Shown: positions 28,190-41,990 of the stretch, piece by piece
Layout of the letters: every line of letters starts with the position of its first letter
Position numbering within the stretch: position 1 is the stretch's first letter
DNA from: Octopus sinensis
Lineage: Eukaryota
Length of the DNA stretch: 64,000 bases
Assembly: GCF_006345805.1 (NCBI RefSeq)
Contig: NC_043011.1
Coordinates: 27,044,464-27,108,463, forward strand
Reading direction: 5' to 3'
Notes under the pieces: model-generated
What the model saw: only the letters and a program-made list of their open reading frames with translations
The model's database searches: none
What the model was told of the DNA's origin: nothing
Program-made: the position numbers and the translations under genes

Positions 28190-29275
28190 GTATTGTCTTT
28201 GCACAGCTTCTAACGCTGGAGATGTACTACAGTGTCAGCTGTTCACTACCAGTGAACTAAGGTAACACTACTTATTTTTAGAGCACCTTCCGGAGTATTC
28301 GAGCGGTTCCAAGCAGTGCTATTTTCTACTAGTGCTCTACTTTTATTGCAGCCCCTATTTGTTCCATGAAGTTCTCAAGATTTTTATTCCCAGGGCTTCG
28401 ACAATTATTGGTACTACTACCATCTCTTTCAGCGACCACAACTGCTTAACCTCTCAAGCTAACCTGCCATATCTATCGACTTTTCTTTCTTCCTTATCGC
28501 ATACCTTTTTGTCAGCTGGGTATGCTATAATTATGATCCAGCATCGGTTGCTTTCTTTCTCAATTAGCACTATGTCTGGCTTCCTATTCTCTATTTCATG
28601 GTCGTACTGAATCATAAAATATAATCATTTTCGATGATGCCTTCGGGTTTGTGATCGTACCAATTTTTTGCTCTGTCAAGTCCATACTTGTTGCAAAGTG
28701 TCCAATGAACAAGCCTTGTTATGTTGTCATGACGTCTCTTATATTCTTCCTGGGCAAGTGGCGTCATTGGCTGGTAATATGCCATACGGTTTCACTATTT
28801 TGTCTATAGATTCTGCACTTATCACTTTTTGATGTCTTGTTTATTCTATATTTGATATAATTTGTTCTTAATGCTTGCTCTTGGGCAGATCAGACTACAG
28901 CTTCCGTTTCCGGTTTTAAATCACTTTTAGTCATCCACAGCCATCTTTTTTCTCGGTCTGTCTTATCTTTAACATCTCTATGAAATTGTCCATGCATTTT
29001 TTTCTTTACCCACCTATTTTCAGTTTAATTCGTTTTCAATTGCTTGTATAGCGCTTTATCTTTGCAATCTTTCATCCTACACAAGCCTCACCTTCTTAAT
29101 TCTAATAACAGCGGTTCTGTGGCATTTTTTTACATACCATGCTATGTTGTTTTCTTCTGCTCTAATGTTGTGTTCGCATCCTATTAGTCCTCTTACCCCA
29201 TCTTTTTCTTGGTACATAAATCTGTCTGTGTCACTTTTTATGTGAAGTAGCTTCCTTCAACAAAAATTTTCTTCA
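28190..29275 (-). mobile_element. 5'-truncated R4/Dong-type RLE LINE
   Basis: Minus-strand translation: AQEQALRTN, KCRI..NSETVWHI (CCHC knuckle), KRRHDN, RKPDIVL, KVDRY, ALLGTARILRKVL. Confidence 0.9.
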
Positions 29276-29294
29276 GCTCCCTAGGGAAATTGGT

Positions 29295-29397
29295 AGAAGT
29301 TTGGAATAACTCATGAAAGCAATTAATGGAGAGAATAAAACTACAATTGGAAACATCTGGAAAGTGTTCAACATTATGGACGCTCTGGATAATATGT
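29295..29397 (+). mobile_element. Tigger/pogo transposase scrap
   Basis: LMKAINGENKTTIGNIWKVFNIMDALDN resembles the pogo DDE C-terminal WK.FNI.DA..N motif (from recall). Confidence 0.45.
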
Positions 29398-29475
29398 AGA
29401 TGTATAATATCTATATATTACATATATGTATATTATATACAATATATATAGATTATACATATTTATATGTATCTA

Positions 29476-29513
<38 letters not shown>

Positions 29514-30192
29514 GAAATATGTGTCAAAAAGAAAATAGAAACTACACATGGAAAAGATGTGGGGAAATTAAGAAGAAAAAAGTGAAAATGCACATTGAAT
29601 ATAAAATAAATAAAGGCTTTTTTTATCAGTGAGTACATAGAAATTTGTGCTAGGAACCTTAATCTTAATTTCCTAATTTTCCCCTTCTATCAATATTCAC
29701 AGAACACCCCAGTACAGCAAAGAATGAATAAAGAAGCAACTTTCAGCAATAAATATCATCCACAACTTAACATGTACACAACATAATACAGAACACTATC
29801 AATCTTATCAATAATACCATTAATCCCCATACATTCCATACACCATTCATGTTACAGTATTATATCGACCCCAATTGCACTACGTCCAGAACTACTTGCC
29901 TCTCTTACACATAATCTTTTTACTCAGGGACTAGTAGACCCGACACCGTTTGATAATCGCTACGTATTCTAAACAAGTGAACAGCAATGACGATACCGGT
30001 ATGACTTTGAATCTCTTTAACAATTCAAAGTATTGACTTTTATTCCTCTTAATTCTACCTCAGTTCATCTAATTGTATATATTTATCGCTACTTTTCATA
30101 AAACCCCATTATTTTTTTGATATTCAATGTACATTTTCGCTTTTCTTCTTACTTTCCCTATATATATATGTATATAATGCACTATGTATTAA

Positions 30193-30316
<124 letters not shown>

Positions 30317-30891
30317 GTATGTATGTATGTATGTATGTATGTATGTATGTATGTATGTATGTATGTATCTATCTATCTATCTTATATGAATGTATATTAT
30401 ATATAATATATATTATATGACTATATATTATATATTTATATATCTATATGGTATTGATATGCAAAAATATTCATATATTATATTTATGTAAACATTTATA
30501 TAAAATACAACATGCATTATTTTATACAGAATATATAAAAATTAAGTAATTGTGATGGTTATGAAAAAAGTTTGTTTGCCTGATAGTAGCTAAAAAATAA
30601 ATAAAAGAACATGAAATTTGAGTTTGGATAACTCCTTAGAATACAAAGAATTGTAAAAATATCTAAGTAGCAACAAAGTATCCAATGTTGAGACGCGACT
30701 TAATATAAATACTTCAAAAACAATCAAATGGATGTATAACCCACTTATACTTCTATATCTGTTTTCGTCTGTTGATGGGCATTTTACCCGAAATATAAGG
30801 AACTGTTGAATCATTCCTAATTTAACATATACAACAGTGTTTCAAGTAAGCACTATTACACACACAGACACACACACACACACACACACAC

Positions 30892-31489
30892 ACATTATTA
30901 AATACATATACTAATGTATATGCTTTGTGTGTTTTCCCGTGGCTGTAACGACGTAGCGGAGTATATAACTTTCAAGTAACCGGTGTTAAGAAACGCTTTC
31001 AAGTCATGGACAAGTGGGATAACTCACCCTCAATCCCATTTGGGAGTGAAGGACATCGATATTTCGCCATTTTTTTGGCTTGTCAACACCACGCACCCGC
31101 CATCTAGCCAGTGTGACTACTTTTTCATGTATTTAATAATATCTATTATACTAGTGCAGCTTTTACTACATATATAAATTTTCTCTTAGGTATGCAATTT
31201 TCGGGCATAACAGCTCGATTTTACAAGCCATGAGCATATAAGTCGTTGGACTAGGTAGATGACTTGCCTCCAACTTAGGCGGGTGCGTGATGTTGACAAG
31301 CCACAAAAAATGGCGGAACTTCGATGTCCATCACTCCCAAATGGGATTGAGGGTGAGTTATCCCGCCTGTCCATGACTCTTAGGGTATTTTTTAACACCG
31401 ACGACTTGAGAGTTATATACTCCGCCACGCCAATGCAGCCACCGAAAAATACAAAAAGTATATACGTTAGTATTTGTATTTAATGATGT
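30892..31489. mobile_element. element with ~100-bp imperfect terminal inverted repeats
   Basis: cattattaaatac...gcggagtatataactttcaagtaaccggtgttaa versus the reverse complement of ttaacaccgacgacttgagagttatatactccgc...gtatttaatgatg; no TSD resolved. Confidence 0.7.
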
Positions 31490-32619
31490 TTATTATACTA
31501 GAACTACTTTTAATACAGACATACTTATGCATACATGCATATATATATATATGTAGCCGTGGTATGACTCAATTTCTTTCATTAGCTATTAAATTGTCAT
31601 AGCTCTTGGCAACGAAGATAATGACGACAGCATTAGAAAAATAAACAAGCTGAAACAAGACATCCCACTTCTACAAAAACAATAATACGTCTAGCAAAAT
31701 CAGAATCAACAGTAACAATATTAGCAATAACAGTTGCACGAACAATTACAAGCACACACACACATGAATATATATATATATATATATAATTCAACTACGG
31801 TAGTAGTTGAATAATAAATATTCTTAAGATCGCAATTTACTCACACGCAGCATCTTCAGAGGTCGCTAATTCAATTCCTAACCAAATTGAAAACTGTAAA
31901 CATTTTTGAGGAAGACTGGTCCCTAGCTACATTTTGGCATTTGAGATTTTGGCAATTGAGATTTGGTCCAGTAGAAAAAAGATTACATCAAAATTTGTAC
32001 CAACGTTACAGGAAAGTAAGTAACACCTCCAATCAAGTATAGATCTAAATAACTTTTTTATTTTAAAAGCAAAATATATTTATCTTAGCTTCAATGACAG
32101 AAGACAGCATGAAGAATTTCATAGTTTTGCTCCTATGCAACAAAATTTGTATCATAAAAGTTGTGAGGTAAATATCATGAAAAAAATATAAGTAAGGCAA
32201 AAAATTAGATTTAAGTATAATTAAATTTAGTTAAAAAAAACTATATTTTAAGCTAAATGATAGACCTCAATTTGAGGAATTTCATGATATCAATCTGATG
32301 CAATGAAGTTTTGAATGAAAATAGTTATGAGTGTTTGTTTCTCAAATTTGAGGGTGATAATATAGTCCTATACTTTTTTTTATGAATATAGTTCTATAAG
32401 GGGATTTTAATATATATCACCGGCATCATTGAGGTAATTTTCAATAAGGTAAAATCTTAAATTATTAATTAACATAATAGCATAACCTGGAAAAAACATA
32501 GATTACATGGGAAAATGCGCGCAAGAGAAATAATATTCGTAAGATTATAAACCTGGAAGAGTACAGGACAAGTGATAAAATTTGAATATTAAAAATTATT
32601 TGATTTTAATTTACTCCTA

Positions 32620-32780
32620 GGCGTTGGAGTGGCTGTGTGATAAGTAGCTTACTTACGAACCACATGGTTCCGGGTTCAGTCCCACTGCAAGGCGCCTTGG
32701 GCAAGTGTCTTCTGCTAAAGCCTCGGGCCGACCAAAGCCTTGTGAGTAGATTTGGTAGACGGAAACTGAAAGAAGTCAGC

Positions 32781-32857
<77 letters not shown>

Positions 32858-33087
32858 GTGTGTATATGATTGTGTGTCTGTGTTTGTCCCCACAACATCG
32901 CTTGACAACCGATGCTGGTGTGTTTACGTCACCGTAACTTAACGGTTCGGCAAAAGAGACCGATAGAATAAGTACTAGGCATCCAAAGAATAAGTCCTGG
33001 GGTCAATTTGCTCAACTAAAGGCGGTGCTCCAGCATGGCCACAGTCAAATGACTGAAACAAGTAAAAGAGTAAAAGAGTAAAGAGTA
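32620..33087 (+). mobile_element. full-length SINE family B with internal CA/TATG tract and (AAAGAGT)n tail
   Basis: tRNA-like head ggcgttggagtggctgtgtg...gggttcagtccc, CORE-like gccttgggcaagtgtctt; partial copies at about 1215, 35690, 40333, 53260, 60722 and 62085. Confidence 0.9.
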
Positions 33088-33420
33088 AAAATCACATTAT
33101 AATTAAAAAAGGTACCATCATTTTGTTAAAATATTGACACACTAGAATACTTAAAATACGAGAGCCAGAAGTACCAATATAGCTAAAGTTTTATGCTAAG
33201 TATATATGGTAGGCAAATTCATTATGTAAAAAATAGGCATTGGGTGAAAACTAAAAATGTGAAGACTTGGCAATAACTTAGGCAATAACTCAAGCAAATT
33301 TTACTGTGAATTTGTTGTTATAGGTAGATTTTACTATAATATATAACTAATTAACTAATGTAACCGACTTACCTCTCCCCCAAACTTTCTAGCGTTGTAC
33401 TAAATTTGAAACCTCTCTCT

Positions 33421-33468
<48 letters not shown>

Positions 33469-34369
33469 TATATATATGTATATGTATGTATGTACGTACG
33501 TATGTATGTATGTATGTATGTATGTATGTATGTATGGTATGTATGTATGTATGTATGTATGTATGTATGTATGTATGTATGTATGTATGTATGTATGTAT
33601 ACATACATACATACATACATAAATACATACATACATACATATATATATATGTATTATTGTCACGTATGTGTATGTGTGTGCGTGTAAACATGCATAGAAA
33701 TATATACATTTATCTGCACATGTATGCACGCATGTACAAACACACACAAGCGTGTGTTTGTGTGTTTGTGTGTGTGTGTGTGTGCGTGTGTATATAATGA
33801 TAAAAACGTCTTGGTTATAATAGAAATAACCATAGCCGCATAGACTCAATACACAATAATTTCTCACCTTCATTTTAATTAAAGTTCGTAAATCCACCGG
33901 CGCTATCTCCATATTGGTTGTGTGTAACCATGAGTGTCATTGCGCTTTGGTTGGAATTTTATTTGTTTAGCATTATAACCGATTTCATTCTCATTTAATA
34001 TATGTTTCATTCTAACAAGTCAAACTGAAGGGTATTGTTGAAATAACGTGATCGCCGCACGAAAATGGATGTCTTTATATACGTCCTCACCACCACAACT
34101 CCTTCCCCCACGATTATATACACATGTTGATGCGTATATATAAATATACATATACATACATGTACATGAATGTATAAACACATACACAAACACAAACACA
34201 TATTTAAACATATAAATACATACATTTATGTATGCATATGCATATGTTTATGAACGTGTATATATATACATATATGTATATGGGTGCATACATGTGTATA
34301 TAAATGTATATATTTCTTTGCATGTTCACACACACACATATATATGGTACATACATATATATACGTGTA

Positions 34370-34419
<50 letters not shown>

Positions 34420-34476
34420 GCATATACATATGCACACATGTATATATATGTATATATATTATATATATATAATATA

Positions 34477-34562
<86 letters not shown>

Positions 34563-34572
34563 GTATATGTAA

Positions 34573-34668
<96 letters not shown>

Positions 34669-35039
34669 CGTGTGTGTGCCTGTATGTTTAAGGGTACATA
34701 TAGAGACACATTATGTTACCCTGTGGGTGTATGTTTGTGCACAGAGCAATCCCGCCCATCCACGCATTGGAAGCCAACATCATTAAAATTGATGGAGACA
34801 TGTGGCAATTGGTAGAAGTGTGTATGTGTTTGTGTGTGTGTGTGTGTGTGTGTGCGTGCGCGCGTGCGTGGATCCGTGCGTGTGTATCTGTGATGGCGAT
34901 GATGATGGTGGAGTGTGGTCTGATGTTGGCGATGGTAGTTGTGATGTAGATGGCATGAATGTAGTGACATGAGTAAGTGGTGATGTTGGTGGCGATGGGG
35001 CAGCGATGCTCGAATTTTGTATCGAGCTGACATTAGCAT

Positions 35040-35059
35040 AAGGGATGATGAGAGCGGTG

Positions 35060-35091
<32 letters not shown>

Positions 35092-35117
35092 GACGACGAT
35101 GATGGTAATGATGATGG

Positions 35118-35157
<40 letters not shown>

Positions 35158-35250
35158 GATGGTAATGATGATGGTTATGATGATGATGGTGATGATGGTG
35201 ATGATGGTGGTAATGATGATGGTAATGATGATGATGATGATGATGAAGAT
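35040..35250. repeat. (GAT)n/(GGT)n low-complexity tract
   Basis: Direct inspection. Confidence 0.95.
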
Positions 35251-36380
35251 ATTTGTGATGTTACCACAGACATGTTGGTTTCGTTTGTGATTACAGTAGA
35301 GGTTGTGGTGGTGTTGGTAGTAGTGTTGGTGGTAGTGTTGATGCTGGTGGTGTTATTGATAGCTGTGATGGACATGATGGCGATAGTTTTGATAGATAAA
35401 TGGATGGATGGATGGTAGTACAGTTGCTGGTTAGTGTTTATCGTGTCCGTCTTTTAGTAGTCTCAGTCGCTGGATTGTGGATTTTAGTCGAACATATGAA
35501 GTCCAGTACTTTTGTTTTTAAAATCTACTAGTTACTTCATCGGTCTCCTTTACCGAACCACTGAGTTACGTGGACACAACCAAACCAACACCCTTTGTAA
35601 AGCGTTGGTAGAGAACAAATACAAGCACAGACACTCTCTCTCACGCACACACATACACACATATATATACAACCACACACACACACACATGAGGCGCAGG
35701 CGTGGCTGTGTGGTAAAAAAGAGGTCTGCTTTCTCTACAACATGGATCTGAGTTCAGACCCACTGCGTGGTGCCTTGGGCATGTGTATTCTACAATATCC
35801 TCGGACCGACCGATACTTTGTGAATGGATTTGATAGATAGAAACCGAAAGAAGCTCGATGTATATATATATATAAAACGAACCTCCACCAACTATTCCAC
35901 CTATACGTCTGTGCACACCTTTGAATGTAGTGTATGCTAGAAGGTTTGCAAATCCAATGGTGGCCTCAAAAGACATTTTAAGATCCACTAAGAGCAGAAC
36001 TTATCTGCAGGTCTTGGTGGTCCAAATCAGATGCCATGATAGTTCTAATGTGTAGGTACATGAAGTGGTCAAACTCTGCATAAGGAGTAGACAACCACCA
36101 TCATATATATTTAAATATGATAGTGTATGAAACATACACAATTATATTTAAAAACGTTTAGGTCTTCTGACCCTTATTACGCATGCTAGCCAAAGGTAAA
36201 TGATTATTTGATAATTTTTACCCTTATATTTATAAAGTTTTGCACACACACACACACACACCACACACACACACATACTGCGAGGATGATCCGGTTCTTG
36301 ACTAAAGATTAGATTCTTCGAATGACCCGTCTGTGTTTTTTGTATCATCTATTTGAATGTTTTGCGTTCTTGTCCCATTT

Positions 36381-36442
<62 letters not shown>

Positions 36443-36469
36443 ATATGCGTGTGTGTCTGTGTGTGTAAA

Positions 36470-36716
36470 GGCGCGTGACTCAGTGGTTAGGGTGTCAGCA
36501 CCATGATCGTAAGATTGTGGTTTCGATTCCTAGATCGGGTGACGAGTTGTGTTTTTGAGCAAACTACTTCATTTCACGTTGCTCCAGTCCGCTCAGCTGG
36601 CAAAAATGAGTAATACAGCGACGGACCGGTGTTCCGTGCAGGTGGGGAGCACATACGCCATAGAAACCGGGAAACCGGGTCCATGAGCCTGGCTAGGCTT
36701 TAAAAGGGCGCATTTA
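36470..36716 (+). mobile_element. tRNA-derived CORE-like SINE
   Basis: ggcgcgtgactcagtggttaggg...gtttcgattcct head; ttgagcaaac...cacgttgctccagtc core. Confidence 0.75.
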
Positions 36717-37053
36717 TTATATATATATATATATATATAAATATTGATTAAAAATCATGTTAGCCATTCTACTAGCCATTCGATGTTAGGAATTGTATAA
36801 ATAAAATATTCGGTGCTTTGTAGAAATATCAGCAATTTATTGCATATGAATTTTAATAAAATCTTATACGGACCTCCAAGGGCCATATGGACCCCGACTG
36901 AAAACTACTAACTACATTATTCTATGATTTCTTTCTTTTCTTAAGAGAACAGATTGTGATTTGAAGTAGATTGATCACTTATTACTAGCAGGAAATGCAA
37001 CAACATAGTGGCTCCCCACTTGGCTTCTGATAATGGAGATGGTGATAGTCATA

Positions 37054-37270
37054 CGAGGGGGTGCTGAAAAGTTCCTGGCTTTAAGGGTGTTAGGAAAGGT
37101 CCGGTCGGAGACCCAACCGTCTAAGTTCTTTTACAGGGCTTAGAGACACTGAAGGGCTGCTGCAATAAATATGTGAATCTGGGAGGGAAATATCTTGAAA
37201 AAAATCCTAATTAACTGATCCTTCTGTATTTTCTTTTACCCGAAGTCAGGAACTGTTCAGCTTCCCCTCG
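37054..37270. mobile_element. Tc1/mariner-type MITE (217 bp)
   Basis: TIRs cgagggggtgctgaaaagttcctg / caggaactgttcagcttcccctcg flanked by TA. Confidence 0.85.
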
Positions 37271-37343
37271 TATACACACTGACACACACACTTACACACA
37301 CACATACACACACACACACGCACACACACGCGCGCCTGCATGC

Positions 37344-37558
37344 ACGGGTACTGAAAAGTTCCTGGTTTTAAGGGTTTCGCGAAAAGCCTGATCGGAGGCC
37401 CAACCTTCCGATTTTTTTTTACAGGGCTTAGAAAAACTGAAGGACCACTACAATAAGAGTGTGAATCTGAGAGGGGACTATCTTGAATAAAATCATAATT
37501 AACTGATCCTCCTGTATTTTCTTTTACCCCAAACCTGGAACTTTCCAGCAATTCCTCG
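37344..37558. mobile_element. second copy of the mariner MITE
   Basis: Homologous to 37054-37270, with degraded ends. Confidence 0.75.
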
Positions 37559-37617
37559 CAGATGGTGGTGATGTTGGTGGTTGTTGATGGTAGTGGTGCT
37601 GGTGATAATGGTGGCGA

Positions 37618-38208
37618 TCTGGTAGAATAGTTAGTACGCCGGGCGAAATGCTTAGCGGTAATTCGTCTGCGTTACGTTGTGAGTTCAAATTCCGCCGAGG
37701 TCGACTTTGCCTTTCATCCTTTCGGGGTCGATAAATTAAGTACCAGTTACGCACTGGGGTCGATGTAATCGACTTAATACCTATATCTGTCCTTGTTTGT
37801 CCCCTCTGTGTGTAGCCCCTTGTGGGTAATAAAGAAATAGGTATTTCGTCTGCCGCTACGTTCCGAGTTCAAATTCCGCCGAGGTCGACTTTGCCTTTCA
37901 TCCTTTCGGGGGCGATAAATTAAGTACCAGTTACGCACTGGGGTCGATGTAATCGACTTAATACCTATGTCTGTCCTTGTTTGTCCCCTCTGTGTGTAGC
38001 CCCTTGTGGGTAATAAAGAAATAGGTATTTCGTCTGCCGCTACGTTCTGAGTTCAAATTCCGCCGAGGTCGACTTTGCCTTTCATCCTTTCGGGGGCGAT
38101 AAATTAAGTACCAGTTACGCACTGGGGTCGATATTATCGAATTAATCCGTTTGTCTGTCCTTGTTTGTCCCCTCTATGTTTAACCCCTTGTGGGTAGTAA
38201 AGAAATAG
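37618..38208 (+). mobile_element. SINE family A with three tandem 184-bp body units
   Basis: gtatttcgtctgccgctacg restarts at about 37658, 37841 and 38025. Confidence 0.9.
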
Positions 38209-38209
38209 A

Positions 38210-38749
38210 TAATGGTGGAAGACAGTGATTGTGTCAGATGGGATGACTGTGATGGCGGGAGTAGACAGTGGTGATGGTGGATGTTGGTAGTGGTTGTTAC
38301 AGGTGATGGTTGTAACGGTGGTAGATGAAGGTGGTAGATGATGATGATGATGTTGGTGGCGTTGACGATTGTGGTAATGGTACCTATAATAGTTGTAGCA
38401 GTAGTAGTATTTGCAGTTGTGGTGCTAGTGGTGGCAGTAGAGGTACTGTAGATTGATGGCGATGATGATGGTACCAGCAGTGGTGGTAGTTGTGCTGCTG
38501 GTGGTGTTGGTTGTTGATGATGATAGTGGTGGTAGAAGTAGTAGTTGTAGTAGTGGTGGTGCTATTAGTGATGGTGGTAGTGGTTGTGATAATAGTGTTA
38601 GTAGTAGTAGTACTTGTAGCAGCAGCAGTAGTAGTAGTAGTATTAGTAATAGTAGTAGCAGGTGTAGCAGCAATAGTAGTAGTGGTGGTGGTAGTAGTGC
38701 TTATGGCGCTGGTGGGGTATGCTGGTAGTTGATGGCGATAGTGGTAGTG

Positions 38750-38782
<33 letters not shown>

Positions 38783-38860
38783 ATGGTGATGCTGGGTGTT
38801 GTGGTGGTACATGATGCTGACAGAGGTGGTGGTGGTGGTGGTTGCTGTTAATGATAAGGT
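38210..38860. repeat. (GTA/GGT/GAT)n low-complexity tract
   Basis: Direct inspection. Confidence 0.9.
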
Positions 38861-40488
38861 GACGTGGAACACCGACCACCAACAACACTGGAAGTCATAT
38901 TTATTTTATCTTAGCCAAGTAAAATTCTTCTATCGATTCGTCCCGCACGCAAAGCCGTCTTATCTGGAATCACAGAATTAATTATAACTGCGAATGGAAA
39001 CGGTATGGATTGTTGATGGCTGGATGGTGGCGGTGATGAGGGGCTTTTTGCTGAGTGGTGGCGAATGTGTGTGTGCGCGTGTGTACGAATGTGTGACTGC
39101 ATATATGTTTTTACGCACACATACACAGATACATATATACAAACACATCTGTCTATCTGTCTGTCTGGTTATATATGTATGCATGTACGTATGTATGTAT
39201 GTATGTATGTATGTATGTATGTATGTATGTATGTATGTATGTATGTATCTATCTGCTTATTTGCCTGTCCGTCCGTCTGTGTGTCTGTGTGTCTGTCTGT
39301 CTGTCTTTCCCTCTGGCTATGTATGTATTTATATATGTATCGATCTGTCTGTCAGTCAGTCAGTCTGTCTGTTTGTGTGTGTATGTATGTATGTATGTAT
39401 GTATGTATGTATGTATGTATGCATGCATGCATGCATGCATGCATGTATGTATGTATGTATGTATGTATGTATGTATGTATGTATGCATGTATGTATGTAC
39501 TCCTGTCTCTGTCTATGAGTGACTGGCATTGATGGCTGGTTGGTGATAGTGGATGGTGAGTGACAGGTACTGAGGAGTGGATGACGAGTAGTGTGTGATG
39601 AGTGATTGGCGATGGACAGTGAGTGGTGAGCGATAAGAAATAATTGATGCACAACGTGTAAAGAGAAATGGATGGGGAATAATGGTTTACCGCTATGAGG
39701 GATGGTCATGATGCTGGCTGCATAGACACCCACGCCTACTCTTATAATACCACCTTTCATCCTTTCCTAAATCTAATCTTCCGCAGGTAGTCGTCATCCT
39801 ACACGGAACTTAGAACCCATTCCTAACGCTAAATCTATACCAATGGTTGGTATAGACTGGTAGAACTTCCCCCTTGGGGAGCGGTTCAAAGATCCAGCGG
39901 GGCGTTGAAGAAAAGTGAGACGATAGTGGGGTGACAAGAAGGGGGCGATGGTGTAAGAAAAGCCAAAATAATGGGTTAAGTAGGTTAAGTTTTATTCGTG
40001 AAATATATTTGTTTTGAATTTACTGCAGAAAGTGGTCTATGTTTGTGGTGGTGAGGCGGAGTGCTAGGAATATGGTCCAGGTGCCAAGGGGACGATAACC
40101 TGAAAAATTGTGGGAACCTCTGATTTATACTGACTCCGTTAACCAAATAAAATCCTCAAAAAGATCCTCAAATGCAGCGGACCCCAACCGTTTTTTCACC
40201 ACAGACCGGTTTCATGCAAGCCAGTTTTCCCATGGATTGGGGGATCACGCGCGTAACGAAACTCAATAGAGTGCATAATACATAATTTAAGAATTATATT
40301 TATAATACATAAATATTACACATATAGACACAGGCGTGGCAGTATGGTAAGAAACTTACTTCGCAACCACATGCTTCCAGGTTCAGTCCCATTGCGTGAC
40401 ACTTTGGATAAATGTCTTCTACTATAGCCTCGGGCTAACTAATGCCTTGTGAGTGAGTTTGGTAGACGGAAACTGAAAGAAGACCGTC

Positions 40489-40611
<123 letters not shown>

Positions 40612-40700
40612 CTGTTGTGTCTGAGGAGAGTCATTCTCTTTTGATGCCTTATAATTTACCACACTCACCGGTAAAATTTCCACATTTCTTTTTTATTTTT

Positions 40701-40738
40701 CTAAAATTTTCCGTTGCGTCTTGCAACCTTTTCAATAG
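40701..40738 (-). ncRNA. minimal hammerhead-like motif with U3-A8
   Basis: cta-UUGAAAA-g-gttgc(aagac)gcaac-g-GAAA-att-U-tag on the minus strand, within a repeat (40610-40745) homologous to 52020-52150. Confidence 0.55.
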
Positions 40739-41714
40739 TTTTGACTGTCCGTTACTCACACTGTGTTCCTTTTTGTTTGTTTGTGCGCATGTGTGTGTGT
40801 GCTTATACATGCATGCATGTATGTATGCATTTGTATGTATGCTTGTATGTGCGTGTGCATATGTATTTGTTTATGTGCGTACATTTGTATGTATGTATTC
40901 TGCATATTCATGTGTTTGCATGTCCGTATTTGTATTTTTATGTATGTGTGTGCGTGTGTGGGTGTGTTTGTATGTGTGTGTGTGTGTATGTAAAACTCTC
41001 TCTCTTTGTGTGTGCATGTCTGAGTGTGTGTGTGTGTGTGTGTGTGTTTTGCAACTATGTACCGTGTTTGTACAGAGGGATAGTTACATAGGTTATATGA
41101 ACAAGCAAGCACACATACGCAAATGAAAACTGATACACATGACCATATATACACACACACACTTTACTTCACACAAGGACACATATGGAGACACACGTCC
41201 ATACATATGCAGATGCACATCCATACATACAAACACGGTACATAGTTGACTGTGGTAGTCTGCAAGGTATTATTTGCATTATATATATATATATTATGTA
41301 AAGGCGCATGGTCAAGTGACTAAGGTGTTACACTCACGATCGCTAGATCGTCTGTTCGATTCCCGGACCGAATGGCGCATTGAGTGGCCTGCTACGAATG
41401 ATGAACGATTCGGTACTGGTCCTTGGTACTGTGGTCGAAGACCTCTACTCTAATGGGTTCAGGCTAATCTCGTTCCTCTCAGCAGATCCAGTGGCACAAC
41501 CACTACTCACATTGGTTTCAAATTTTGGCACAGAGTCTCTCATAGGAGTCGAATGTTGCCCGTGTAATCATGACGGGCGCTTTACCATTGAACGAAAGAA
41601 ACCCTACAACCACTACCATATCAAGAAAATACTTATGCCCCACCATCGAACCCACAAGATCATTATTATAAATGCTAAGCCTCACCATCATCGAATGAAG
41701 AATATACAATCTTA

Positions 41715-41990
41715 AATTCGCCAAAACTGCATTTAAAAAAATTGGCGTTCCGCTTCAGAGCCAGAAAATTCTTTATAAATCAACATCATCGAAGTGTATC
41801 TTCGTTGTGTCTTTTTATAAGTATTTCTATGGTTATTGCTTTGATGAACTTTCTGGTCTTGTACCCTCTATCAAAGCCTTTAAGCGTATCACCCGTCTCT
41901 CTTCCCAGGCGCATCGTTTCTTTTTGAGCTTGTTAGTTCTAAGTTCTTTTATTGTAATAGCTTCTTTCCTCACTACCATTGTCTTATTTT
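41715..41990 (+). mobile_element. CR1/L2-group LINE ORF2 C-terminal fragment
   Basis: Frameshifted KFAKTA.KKIG..RARKF, QHHRSVSSLCLFYKYFYGYCFDELSGLVP..KRITRLS..H and NSFFP motifs. Confidence 0.6.

Noticed and set aside
29703-29790. Strong acceptor (ttccccttctatcaatattcacAG)
   Set aside because: All three frames stop soon after and no upstream exon could be linked
31789-31870. 10-bp hairpin and a minus-strand CUGAAGA
   Set aside because: No GAAA or stem I; short hairpins are expected by chance in AT-rich DNA (likewise 39834-39856 and 60906-60929)
35017-35418. Poly-Asp ORF
   Set aside because: Product of a (GAT)n simple repeat; no splice or codon evidence
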